Positions 1-12,186 of a stretch of 64,000 nt of DNA are shown one piece after another. The stretch is from Lama guanicoe (Eukaryota). Under the pieces are notes generated by a model, which was not told the origin of the DNA, searched no databases, and was given only the letters and a program-made list of their open reading frames with translations. How positions within the stretch are numbered: the stretch's first letter is position 1; every line of letters begins with the position of its first letter. Made by a program: the position numbers and the translations under genes. The stretch lies in the NCBI GenBank assembly GCA_013239625.1, contig MU054338.1, positions 5,992,724 through 6,056,723 on the forward strand, given 5' to 3'.

Positions 1-469
1 CCAGACACTTCCCTCGGATGGCGGTGGGTGGGGCAAACTTTTCTTCTTAATTGAAGAGGAAACAAGCCACAAAGCTTATAGAAGTCCCCTCAAGAACGCA
101 TCTCGCTCATTTTACCGGAGGTTTGGGAAGCACTCCAGGCCAAATCAGTCCCTGGAAATCCATCCAAGAGGAGTTAAAATAGAAGGTCAAGCAGGGTGCA
201 AATTGTTACATTTAACAGAGGGCAGGTTGGCAGGAGGTATTGAAATTGACGCCTTCCGAATTCCACTTCTCCTAAGGAAGCCCAAAATTGTGGCTCTGGA
301 GATGTTCGTCCGGTCAACATTTATAAACATGAGAAGGGGGAGTGACCTAGACGCCCATCAACAGGAGACTGATGATGACTGCTGGTTAAAGAAAGAGGCT
401 GTATGTTAATTCAGATATTACTTCTGGGGAGGAGAATTGGTTGAGGAGGAAACTTAATGCGTATTAACA

Positions 470-915
470 GAAAAAGGTTAAATGCATATTGCTAAGTGAA
501 TGAAGCCAGTCTGAAAGGGCTCTGTACTGTGTGCCTGTACTGTACCATGCATCCTGGAAAAGACAAACCTATACAGAGAGTAAAAACATCAGTGGTTACC
601 AGGGATTGGGGGTGGGGGCAGGGAGGAATAGTGGTAAGCATGGGGGGTGTTGAGGGCAGTGAAACTGTCCCCTGTGATACTGTACTGGCCCATCTAGGAC
701 ACTGTGCATTTGCCAAGACCTGTAGAATGTACACCACCAAGAGTGAGCCCCTAATGTGGACTATGGACTTTAGTTAATAGTAATGTATCAGTACTGGTTC
801 ATCACTTGTTGCAAGTGTACCACACCAATGCAAGATGTTAATAATAAAGCCAACTAGGAGCTGGGAGAGAGGAGATATGCGGGAACCCAACTTTCCATTC
901 AATCTTCTGAACTTT
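470..915 (+). mobile_element. Old L1 (L1MC-like) 3' UTR fragment
   Basis: GAATGTACACCACCAAGAGTGAGCCCTAATGTGGACTATGGAC..GATGTTAATAATA; a similar copy lies at about 8.75-9.25 kb. Confidence 0.65.
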
Positions 916-947
916 TGTCCTTTTTTTTTTTTAATCACTCTGGGCAA

Positions 948-1037
948 TTTTTTTTTTTAATGGAGGAGCGAGGGATTGAACCCAGGACCTCACGCATGCT
1001 AGGTATGTGCTCTACCACTGAGCTATTTCCCTCCCCC
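948..1037 (-). mobile_element. tRNA-derived SINE (camelid Vic-1-like)
   Basis: Reverse complement TAGCTCAGTGGTAGAG..GGTCCTGGGTTCAATCCC (A/B boxes) plus A tail. Confidence 0.8.
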
Positions 1038-1096
1038 TGTAAGCCTAAAACTTTGAAAAAATTAACTCTATTAATTAAAAATAAAAAAGCAGCGGA

Positions 1097-1340
1097 GGGA
1101 GGGGTAAATTAGGAGTTTGGAATTTGCAGATACAAACTACGATATATAAAGTAGATAAACAAGGTCCTACTGTACAGCACAGGGAACTATGGTCAATACC
1201 TTATAATAACCTATAATGAAAAAGGTTATGCATATAAATGTATAACTGAATCACTATGTTGTACACCAGAACACAACATTGTAAATCAACAGTACTTCAA
1301 TTAAAAAAAAAAAAGTTCAAAAAACAAAACAAAAGCAAAA
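1097..1340 (+). mobile_element. L1 3' end with A tail (laurasiatherian L1)
   Basis: ACAAGGTCCTACTGTACAGCACAGGGAACTAT..ACATTGTAAATCAAC..AAAA. Confidence 0.75.
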
Positions 1341-1712
1341 ACCTGAGACTGGCATCTATTTTTTTGCTCCAAACTCATCTGTACTGTTTGACATTTAATT
1401 TATTTTTGAATCTTTTTTTTCACAAGGACATAGGACACAAATACAGAAAGGGTCATAGAACATGTAAACCGGAAGTAATGAATCACAGCAAAGCAGACAA
1501 CTTTGCCATGGGATGCGTGTTTTGTGATTTAACATAAATAATATAGTACCAGAGGGTGATTTTTTATGACTTGCTGGGGAGGCAGTGCGGTGTGTTTCTT
1601 AAGAACATGGAAATCCCTTTTCTGCAGTTGACTCACTGGGGGCCCCAGCATTGTTGTGAGAGTAAGTGGAATAATACATACCCATTTTACAGATGAAGAA
1701 ACTGAGGCACAA

Positions 1713-1860
1713 AGATTATACCTCAGCAGTAGAGTGCATGCTGGGCGTGCATGAGGTCCTGGTTTCAATCCCCAGTACCTCCATTAAATAAATAAATAAA
1801 CAAACAAACAAACAAACAAACAAATAAACCTAAGTACCCCCCCAAAAAAACCAAAAAAAT
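1713..1860 (+). mobile_element. tRNA-derived SINE (Vic-1-like) with (AAAT/AAAC)n, inserted in a MIR
   Basis: GTAGAGTGCATG..GAGGTCCTGGTTTCAATCCCCAGTACCTCCATT. Confidence 0.8.
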
Positions 1861-3426
1861 ACTATTAAAAAGAAAAGCCTCACAGAGTCAGAAAGTGGTG
1901 GGAGCTAGAATCTGACCCCCAGGGCTTCAGTATTAACCACCACATAGAAGTTTTGTTGTCCATCCATCCTGCCCCCCATTCCTGAATATGCAAAATCTTT
2001 CTTATCTTAAAATACAGACTCCATGATGGCCTTGGAGGGTCACTGGTGTCGGAAAACCCAGGTAGGAAAATCCAGACGTGCTGCTAAGAGGAGGTAGGCA
2101 GCAGGTTCCAAAGTCATTTGTTCAGAACAATCCCAACTTTTGAAAAGTTAGAACAGATACCTGTTCTGTAGGGGAAAAAAAAAAAAACAGAAGGAAATCC
2201 ACAAAAATACCGGCATTGGTGGAATTTGGGGCAACCTATTTTTTTTTCCTCACATAGTCTTTTCTGGAAAATGTTCACAAATTGTCTACAGTGAGCATGT
2301 AATCCTTCGGCACTCGGAATAAATTGTTGTCAAGAAAATGGAGGGATGTTATGATTGTTTGTGAAAGGTGACCCAGAGGACCAGAGGACGGGCAGCCTCT
2401 TCCGCAGGGACCTCTGCATTCCTGGGAAGGCTTCCCGCCCTCTCAGCGATGCTCCTTGCTGAGCCTGGCGGGGATGTTGGAAACTACGACCTCATCTTGG
2501 ACCATGCAAGTGAGAGATGATCTGTGGAAACAAAAAACAGCTCTGACCCGAAACTTAGCCAGGATCTCAGGGGTCATGGAAAACAGTCCCGCCCAGCACA
2601 GGAATTTGCTTTGCAGGCTGTATGCAGCCCATTTTCTGTGGTTCTCTCTTAAAAGATCTGAGATAGTTGGTGTAGATGTTTCTTGGAGCCCTCACTTCAG
2701 GCCAGATGCTCAGCGGTTGGTCTGAACATTGCCCTCCCATCCTTGGAGGTGGGTGCTGTTGTTACATCCATTCTACTGATAAGACACTAGAGGCACAGTG
2801 GGGGAAGCAATTGCAACATTGGACTTGGCTTCTTTCTGAGAACACTGGATGGTGGGGATCTCACTACCTGACAAAGCACCCTGGTCGGTTACTGGTGGAC
2901 TCCAGTCTGAACCCCTTATTCCTTGCGCTGGGAAGCCTGGAGGCTTCCATGAGGCAGAGGGGACTTTGAACCCACAGGTGTCCCCTTCGGAAGTCCAGCC
3001 GTCCATCTGCATCCTCAGATGGAAACTCCTCTTCCTGGGCCTGGCTCCCAGAGCTCTTCATCTGAGCACGTCTAACATCCAAAGACCTAAGAGGCATCTC
3101 CTGACATCTTTTGTGTGTTTGATGTGGGCAGATGTAACTGCTGGCAGCAAGTATTTAAAAACAAAATGAAGTCTGGCCATTTTTCATCATACAAGACGCC
3201 TGTGATAAGATTTCACTTATATGAAACATCTAGAATGGGCAAGCTTACAGAGACAGAAAAGAGAGTAAAAGTTACCAGGCTCGTGAGGGCAGGGGAGTTC
3301 TTCCTAATGAGTGCAAAATGTCTGCTTGGAGCGATGAAAAATTGGGGGGGCTAGACGGTGGTGGTGGTCGCATGACATGGTGAATGAAATTAATGCCACT
3401 GAACTATACACTTTAAAAATAGTTAA

Positions 3427-3513
3427 GGGGGAGGGTCGTATTGCTCAGTGGTAGAGCAGCGCTTAGCATGAGGTACTAGGTTCAATTCCCAGTACCTCCA
3501 TTAAAAAAAGAAA
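3427..3513 (+). mobile_element. tRNA-derived SINE (Vic-1-like)
   Basis: GCTCAGTGGTAGAG..GGTTCAATTCCCAGTACCTCC-A tail. Confidence 0.78.
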
Positions 3514-4079
3514 AGGAGAATATGATCACGTGTTACCTTATCCCCGTCTTATGAATGTTCAGGAGGGTAGGTTAGTGGTTGCTCAGGGGATGGGGACAGG
3601 GGACGGGGGACTGAGAGCTAAGGGAACAAGAGTTTTTGAGATGATGAAAATAGTTTACAATTGACCATGATGAGGTTTGGATGTGTCTGTGATTATATTT
3701 TTAAAAGCCATTGAATTGTACACTGTACACGGGGCACTGAATGGTATGTGAATTATTTCTCAAGAAAGCTTTTTTTTTTTTAAAGAACAATTTTTGCTTC
3801 TGAGCTGGGGACGAGGAGAAGCTGCACGCCGAGGGCAGCCCAAGGTCCGCTGTCCATCCATGGGAGCAAATCTGAGAGACCGAGGAGGGAGGAGGCGCCT
3901 GCAGCTCAGCCCCCAAGGCTGAGGTCAGGTCAGCCCATCCCTGAATCAGTAACAGTTTCCTTTGTGGCCTTAGAGAAACAGGCTACAACCTTACTTAGTG
4001 GCCTGAACCCACAAAGGAGGTTCCTGTTGTGGGATCTCCCCTCCCACATCAGAAGTTTTTCCTTGTGGGTCTTTGAAGC

Positions 4080-4350
4080 AAGCAGTGTGGCTTTTGTGGC
4101 TCTCAGGTCTGGCCCTGCCCGCCTTGAAGACCGCCCGCCCTCTGCATCACTTGAGCTGGCCTCGTAATCCCAGTTCCCCCAGACCTTTGTCTTTACCCAG
4201 GCCACCTCTGTACCCTGGGGTGGCTTTGTCTTCACTGAACCTCATTTTTAACTTATCTCTTTAAAGACCCTGTCTCCAAATACAGTCCCATTCTGAGGTC
4301 CTGGAAAGTAGGGCTTCAACATATGACTTGGTGGGGGGGTAGGGAGGAAC
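4080..4350. mobile_element. MaLR (MLT1-type) LTR fragment
   Basis: AAAGACCCTGTCTCCAAATACAGTCCCATTCTGAGG..GGGCTTCAACATATGA. Confidence 0.65.
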
Positions 4351-6114
4351 ACAATTTAGTCCATAAAAGGAAGTGAGACAGGCAAGGAAGTAAAGGGGGT
4401 TTAGGATAGGGAAACAGTGGAGGACACGAACCTCAGGCATCCCACCAAAAGGCGGGGGAGCGGGGGTATTTATCCACCACCCCAACCTCCCGTCACCACT
4501 GGCTGAAGGTTGCTCCTAAGGGGACATGAGTTCTCAGGTATTTCTCCCCTGCTCTGTGTAACCTCCAGAGAAAACCATCTGACAAAGTCATCTGGATGTT
4601 GGAGGATCTCAGTGGCCAGGTCCTCATCTACCATACTTCTATTCATCCCTCAGCTTTTAGTGTCACCTCCACAGGTGGCCTTCCTTGATTTCCCCACCTT
4701 TTTCATGTGTGCTCATTCAAACCCAGGCCAATCTGACCCCAGAATCTGAGCACTTAATCCTGTGCCATAGTTGTCCCCAAGGTCACATCAGGGGATAAAT
4801 GACCACTTTGCTGAGTCTTGGTGTCCTCAACTGTAAAATGGGAAGGATGTACCAGTGAGAGAAGAAAGCCAGGCTAGGTTCACAGCACAGGGCTGAACCT
4901 GGCATGCAGCTGCTGGGGTGGGATCCCAGGTCCATTTTGCCACCCATTGTACAATCTCCTCTCTACCTCCAGGAGCCACAAGCAGGATGGTTATGAGCAC
5001 AGATCTAGAGTCACATAGGACTAAGTTCAAGTCCCAGCTTGGCCTGCTGTGTGTGGCCTTGAAACAATGACTTTATCTCTCTGAGCCTGAGGCTGATTTG
5101 TTGAGCAGCTACTGTGTGGCAGGCTCGGTTCTAGGACTGGGGACACAGAGGTAAGCAAGGCAGACAAGCATCCCTTCCCTCCTGGAACTGACAGCCTCAT
5201 GGTGGAGGCAGTGGTGTGGGAGATGGGGTCTGGGGGAGACGATAATCAGATGTGTGATATAATGTAAAATGTCAAGGAGAGAGACATGCTGTGAAGAAAA
5301 ATAAAGCCAGGGCAGAGGAGCACTGTTTTTTACTGGGTGGTCAGGAAAGGTGGCCTTTAAATAGAGACCCAAGAGAGGAGGTGGGGGAGGGGCGCTGTGG
5401 CTACCTAGGGGAAGAGCATTCCAGGCAGTGGGAACAGCATGTGCAAAGGTCCTGGGGTTGAACCATGTGTGGGACAAGGAGGCTTGCGTGGCTGGAGCTG
5501 AGTGAGTGGCAGTGGGGGTGAGGGTGGGAGTGGGAGGATATGAGGGCAGGGAGGTGAAAAAGCAGGTTGTGCGGGGCCTTGTGGGCCGCAGGGAGAATTT
5601 GAGTTTTTACACTGAGTTGGGGGGAGCCATGCAAGGTTCTGAGCAAAAGAGCAGAGGAAATATGCCATCTGACTCAAGTGTTCACTAGTGCCCCCTGGCT
5701 GCTACATGAGGGACAGAGTGTGGGGGATGAGGAATACTGGCTGAAGTGACTACACTGGTTCAGGCGAGCAGTGAAGGAGGCTGCTGCAAGGTGGGGGCTG
5801 AAGGATAGGAGAGAAGTGTTCAGATTCTGGCCAGATCCTAAAGGCAGAGCCAAGGAGCTTTGCACTGGGCTGTCTGTTGGGGGCAGGGGTACCGCCTGTA
5901 ACCGATGCTGGGATGCGTGATTAATTACAGGTGCTGTCATCTGTGCCTGACCACAGACTCGTTTGCGGTGTCCCAGCACACAAGCAGGACAAACCTGCCA
6001 TCTAATTTTGGCGAACCTAGTAGCCATATAGTGACCTCTTGCTCAAATCCGCACACCAGTGAGTGTGAGCAACTCTTTACAAGCTCGTGCACCTTCTGGG
6101 CTTCCTTTGCCGGG

Positions 6115-6212
6115 CGGGGGGGGTGTATACTTAGGTTTATTTATTTACTTATTTAAGTGGAAGTACTGGGAAATTGAACCCAGTACCTCTACCACTGAGC
6201 TATACCCTCCCC
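6115..6212 (-). mobile_element. tRNA-derived SINE (Vic-1-like, internally deleted)
   Basis: ATTGAACCCAG..CTACCACTGAGCTATACCCTCCCC. Confidence 0.7.
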
Positions 6213-6822
6213 AACTTGGATTTCCTGTTTTGAAAACCAACTTTCTTGAGGTATGATTGACATACAAAAGCGGTGAACATTTCGAGCACACAACTTGATG
6301 AGTTTGGGTGGGCTCCTGATGAGTTTGGGTGGGCTCCGCTTTTCTGAGTTATCTGTTTCTTTTCTTGGCCCATTTCCTATATGGGTTGGGCAGGGGCTGT
6401 CCTGTTCTGGTTGATTTGCAGAAGTTCCTCAAGCCTTTACTGGCTTCAGACTTCACAAATGTTATCTCCCATAAAACAGGCAACTGGAAGATCCTTTTGA
6501 TTAAACACAAATTCTGTCCCTTCTGCATCCGAGTCTCTGTCAAGTCTGCCCACTTTTCTCCATCTCTGCCCTTGGCTTTGTTCCTTCAGGCCACCACCAT
6601 CTCCTTCTTGCTACCTTCTGTCTTCCCCATCCCATGTGTCCCACCACTGTAGAACCAGGGCACTCTTTCTAAAATGAGATTAAGAAAGGTTGTCTGCCTT
6701 CCTCTCCTGCTCTAAATCTTCCCATGGCTCCCCAGTGCCCTTGAAATAAAGTCTGGTTAGATCCTGCCAACTCCTCCAGTCTTCTTTCTCTCCAGTTTTC
6801 ATATCAAAATGGATGATGGTGG

Positions 6823-6912
6823 TGGGAAGGGGAATAGCTCAGGGGTAGAGCCCATGCTTAGCATGCATGAGGTCCCAAGTTCAGTCCCCAGTACTTCCAT
6901 CAAAAAAAAAAA
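6823..6912 (+). mobile_element. tRNA-derived SINE (Vic-1-like)
   Basis: ATAGCTCAGGGGTAGAG..GAGGTCCCAAGTTCAGTCCCCAGTAC-A tail. Confidence 0.78.
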
Positions 6913-7239
6913 GTACCTTCATTTAAAAAAAATAGATGAATCTCAAAAAAATCTCTGTACACCAGTCAAATAAATGCCACCCAGTTTTATGGATGTCTGT
7001 CCTCTGGGCCTTTGTTCATGCTGTTCCCACTGCCTGACTCCAGCGCAGCCTGTAGGTCTCAGCTTAGACGTCCTCTCCTCTGAGACGCCTTCCAGCTGGG
7101 TCACACCCCAGTGTCTGGGATCCCCCCACAACAGCTCTGATTACTGGGTTATCACCATCTGCTGTCCTGCCAGTGAGCTCCAAAACTCCAAAACACCCCC
7201 CAAATTTTCCCCCTTTGTAGTCAGCCCAGCCCCCAGCCC

Positions 7240-7760
7240 CAGGCACACACTGATCTGCTCTTCCACACCAGACATCTGTTTTCTGAGAATCTTATATAAA
7301 TGGAATCATATGATACGTAGCCTTTTGAGTCTGGCCTCTTTCACTGCAGCATAAAGCGTTTGAGCACAGAGCTCTGTTGCCTGTATCAATAGTCTGCTCC
7401 TTTCTGTTGCTGAAGGACATTCCATTGAATGAATGGACCCAAGTGTGTTTCATATTCACCCACTGAAGGACAACGGAGTGTTTCCAGCTATTGGTGATTA
7501 TGAACAAAGGTGCTGTAAATAATCACGTATGGGTTTTTATGGGAACATAAATTTTCATTTCTGAATACGCAGCAGAGGGTTTACTGGGTCATACGGTGGT
7601 TGCATGTTCTGTGTTTTAAGAACCACTGAGCTGTTTCCCAGAGTGGCTGCACCGTTTTGCATTCCCACCAGCGCTGACTGAGAGGTCCAGTGTCTCCCCA
7701 GACTCACCTGCACTTGGTACTGTCGGTATTTTTAGTTTAGTCATTCTAATAAGCAGGGAA
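7240..7760 (-). mobile_element. Old L1 (L1M) fragment, antisense
   Basis: TATAAATGGAATCATA..GTGGCTGCACCGTTTTGCATTCCCACCAGC. Confidence 0.7.
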
Positions 7761-7771
7761 CAAGTCTTTTC

Positions 7772-7926
7772 TTTTTTTAATTTAATTGTTTTGTTGAGGG
7801 GGAGGTAATTAGGTTTATTTATTTACTTATCTACCTATCTTTAATGGAGGTACTGGGGATCGAACCCAGGACCTTGTGCATGCTAAGCACACGCTCTGCC
7901 ACCGAGCCATACCCTACCCCCTCCCC
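7772..7926 (-). mobile_element. tRNA-derived SINE (Vic-1-like)
   Basis: GAGGTACTGGGGATCGAACCCAGGACC..GAGCCATACCC. Confidence 0.8.
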
Positions 7927-8569
7927 AGAACACGTATTTTAAGGCTGGCTCCACGGGAGGTGCAGGATTTGAACCTGAGCATCAGAGCCTGTAACCACTG
8001 TGTGGTGTTGCCCACTTTCCTTGGCAGAGCTGTTTTCTAAAGCTAAGAGAAGGAGTGGAGCTTAGAAAACTTTGCCCACCTAGAAGATGGCGTTTTGTTG
8101 AGGTCATTGCTGCTTGCTCCAAAAAGTTGCACTAAGGAGGAAATGCTGCCGGCAGGAAGGCAGCGTTCTGGGGCAAGAGGGGGCTCTGGGTTACAGTCCT
8201 AACTCTACTACTTGTCAGCTGGGTCGCTGGAGTCTTTCTGAGCCTAGCTGGCTCATCTGGTGAATGTCCCTCAGATATCACATCTCACAGAGGCCAAGTA
8301 TTCCCCAGAGCCCTGGCCGGTAGGTGAGACAGTTCCTGCATCATTTGCTCCAGCTCCCCAGAGTCAACTCACGCTTCTGCTTCGAGGGTGGAAGAGGTGG
8401 CACAGGGAACTCAGGAAGAGAGAAAGTCATTGTAAGGGCCAGTCCAGGGGAGCCAGCCAGGCTGAGGGCTCTGGGAACTCCGGGCAGCTTGTTGGCCTCA
8501 GTTTCCCCAAAGGGACCAAGAATATGAGCCCATACTGCAGCTGGAGTATGACTAGATATGATGCAAAGT

Positions 8570-9245
8570 GTCTCTCCCTGGCATATTACTCCATGCTAAA
8601 AAGAAATGAGCTCTTTAGCTAGGAAAAGACAGGAGGCGGGGGTCGGGGGTATAGCTCAGTGGTTAAGCACATGCTTGGCATGCACGAGGTCCTGGGTTCC
8701 ATCCCCAAGTGCTTCCGTTAAGGTCGGGGTGGGGGTGAGTTAAAAAAAAAAGGAAAAGACACAGAGGAAGCTTAAATGCATAGGACTAAGTGAAAGAAGC
8801 CAATGTGAAAAGGCTACATGATGTGTATTTCCAACCATGTGACATCCTGGAAAAGGCAAAACTATGGGAACAGTAAAAAGATCAGTGGTTGGCAGGGGCT
8901 GGAGGGGCCAGAGCACAGACAATTTTGAGGGCCGTGGAACCATTCTGTGTGATACACTAATGATGGATAGATGTCATTATAAATTTGTCCAAACCTACAG
9001 AAGATGCAACACAGAGAATGAACCCTAATGTGACCTAGGGACTTAAGTTAATAATAGTGAATCAGTATTGATTCCTCATTTGTAACAAATGTATCTCACT
9101 GAAGCAAGATGTTAATAATAGAGTAAGCTGTGGGAGGATTGTAGATAATTGAGCTGATAATATGGGAACTCTGCATATTATTAGCTCCATTTTCTGTAAA
9201 CTGGAACTGCTCTAAAAATAGTCTATTAATTAATTTTTAAAAATA
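8570..9245 (+). mobile_element. Old L1 (L1MC-like) 3' UTR fragment
   Basis: AAGTGAAAGAAGCCAATGTGAAAAGGCTACA..GAACCCTAATGT. Confidence 0.7.
8636..8720 (+). mobile_element. tRNA-derived SINE (Vic-1-like) inserted in an L1
   Basis: GTATAGCTCAGTGGTTAAG..GGTCCTGGGTTCCATCCCC. Confidence 0.78.
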
Positions 9246-12083
9246 CTGTCTCTCCTGTCTTGTACCCTAGCCCCACCAGTTTCTTGGAATTCTTTGAAGA
9301 GGCTAGCCAGAAAATCAATTAAATATGGGCATAGACATTTTCTTCTACTGTTTTCCACAAAAGGTGGCTTTCCGTCCACCTTTTTTCTGCATCGTGCTTT
9401 TCTCATTCCAGTCCATTCTGTGTGCTGCAGGGATGTCATTCTCATTGTTTCTTTGGTTGAAATCCGGGTCTCGCTCTTTTTCACAGCTGTGTGTTATTCC
9501 ACTGTGCAGAGATAGTAGAGCTGGCCGCCTACAAATAGTCATTTCTGATCTTGGCTGTTTAGTTGACACTGCCATGAATATCTTCATCATTTTCTATGGA
9601 AAGACTAGATTTCAAGAACCTTCTGAATTCAAGGGTTCATGGTCTGTGATTTTGAAACATCTAGCTGAGTTGTCCTCTTTTGACACTTACCTAAGTATAC
9701 CTCTGCCAGTGATGGACCCGAGAATCAGATTTTCCTGAAACAAACTAGAGGGCGTCCTTGCCCTGCTCTGTGCCCCTCCAGGGTCCCCCACTGCCCACAG
9801 GGCTACACCCAGGCCCCCACTGGGAGGTCCTGCAGGACCTGATCCCACAAACCCACCGCCCTCAAGTCTCATCCTCTCCTCCCTGCCCTCCACATAGATG
9901 ACTTCCACTTCTCCTCATCTTTGCCTTGCTGGTCCCTCTGCCTGGAACTCCCTCCTTCCCAGATTCAGCCTGAATTTCTGGTCTTAGGACTGACATTATC
10001 TCTTTCCCATGTCTGGCATACAGCAGGTGCTCATACATGCTGCTGGAATGAATGAAGGAAGGGGGAGAGAAAGGAAGGGGAACAGGCTTATGAGACAGAT
10101 GAGGGAGTCTGTAGGCCACCGGGAGGAGCATGGCTCTTTCCTGGGGCAATGGGGAGCCACAGCAGGCTTTAAGCAGAGAAAGGCATGTTGGGAAATTCCT
10201 CTTACCTGCAGAGGCCCTTTTTTGTGCCATGGGCCCTTGGCAGTGGAAGTTTGTAAGTGCATAAAGTAAAACCCAGGTGGTAAAGGAAATCCGTTGCAAA
10301 CCCATTGCATGGGATACAGTGATCAAAATACGTTTTAATGATGAAATTTGTGCATCTTTCCTCCCACATTAAATAGCCAGGCCTGGTGGCAGATCTAGTG
10401 ACTGTTATGATTAGAAGCAGTGGGGAGTGTGAGTGATGTAAGTTTTTCCCTGCCAAATTCATGAACGCCCCCCACCCGCTGCTGAATTCTATTTGCAGAC
10501 CCCTTGGGTGTCTAGGAACCCTGGAGAAAAACTCCCAGATGTTGGAATGTGGCAGAGCACCAGAAATGAGCTAACTTGACAAAGGTGTCACCAAGAAGGA
10601 TAAGGAGTGGTCACCAGGGACGATGGACACACATTCAGTTAGACAAGCGTCTGGCGGCTGGGCCATCTGTTCAAAAAAAAAAAAAACAGGAAGCCTGTGG
10701 CCTGCCCCACTGTCCTCTCTGGGCCCAGCCTTTGTCTTTGTGACTTAAACTCCCAAAGGCAGGCCTGGACACCCTGAGTCAGCTCCCAGATTCCTTCCCC
10801 GGCTCCGGAAGCGGCAGGAAAAACAATCCAACAAACAGCATCTCCCCAGGTTCTGCGCTCAGCATCTCCCAGGTTCTGTGCTCTCCTGACTGCATCTCAA
10901 CGGCACCAAACGTGGGCACTCTGAGAGTGACACCCCCATTTCACAGGTGAGGAAACTGAGACCCAGAGAGGCACCCCAGATCAGCCATCCTGGCTGTGGT
11001 CTAGCCGGGGCTGGAATCCATGTCTCTTTAGACTCCGAGTCCTGCCTGGGCTCATTCCTACTCTGAACTCACCACTGACTGCAAGACACCTCTTCCTTCT
11101 TTCTTTCCTTCCTTCCTTCCTTCCCTCCTTCTGGGGGTCACCAAGTTGCCAAAATGTATCTGAAGAACCACAGGAGCGGTTTCCCTGAACACGACTAACA
11201 GACCCACCCAAATGTGTGTAATTTGAGGCTGGGGGCCGTTCCTCTCTCAGCCTCAGTTTCCCGGACCTGTAGGCAGATGACCAGGGGTGATGACACCCCC
11301 TCCTGGGGTGAGTCGGTGCCTGCACACAGCAGGTGCTCGGGAGATGCCTGCTGAACAAGTGTCCCTTGCAACCCCCTTTCCCTACCCAACCTTCTCAGCT
11401 GACTCCCCCTACGCCCCTCCCCTTGTGACAAGAGGGTTCCCAGCCTGTGGGCAGGAGAGCAGCGGCAGAGGGTAGGGGCCCAGGGCAAGTGTCCTATTCC
11501 TACAATTCCTGCTGTGGGCACCAGGGGGCAGTGGGCACCCACATTCAGCCTCCTGCTATGTGTCCCAGCGCCCCTCTGATGGTGGAAACAGTAGGCACCA
11601 AGGGACAGGGAGGCAGCAGGGTCCTCTGGCCACTGAACCCTGTACCACTCTGTCTCATTCATTCTCTTATAGATCACCTACTGAATGCACAGCCATGTGC
11701 CAAGCCCTGGGGACACAGCAGTGAATAAGGCAGAGAAACACCCTTGCCCTTATAGAGCTGGCATTTAAGTGGGAGGGACAGACATCATGGAACCAGGCAG
11801 TTACAACCAAGGGCGATCAGGGCTGTGATGGGGAACCCCAGGGGCTAAAAGGGAGAGACGGGGTGCAGAGGAGCCCCTGACCCAGCCTGGGCAGAAGAGA
11901 GAGGTGGTCAAGAAAGCCCTTCAAGAAGTGTGAGGCCTGAAGAAAGAATAGAAGTTCTTTCCGGTCAAGAGTAGAGGAAACGGTGTTCCAGGCAGAGGGT
12001 AATCAGTGCAGATGTCTGGAGGTAGCTGCCCCTGCCAAGAATAGAAAGCACACACATTACAATGCTACAATGATTCAAATAGT

Positions 12084-12186
12084 GGGCGGGAGGGTATAGC
12101 TCAGTGGTACAGCGCATGCAGGAGGTCCTGGGTTTAATCCCAGTACCTCCATTAAATAAACAAACCTAATTACCTCCCCTCTCCAA
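12084..12186 (+). mobile_element. tRNA-derived SINE (Vic-1-like)
   Basis: GGGTATAGCTCAGTGGTAC..GGTCCTGGGTTTAATCCCAGTACCTCC. Confidence 0.78.

Noticed and set aside
948..1037. tRNA genes at the tRNA-like sequences
   Set aside because: Copies are diverged, carry A-rich tails and lack an intact cloverleaf end; they are SINEs.
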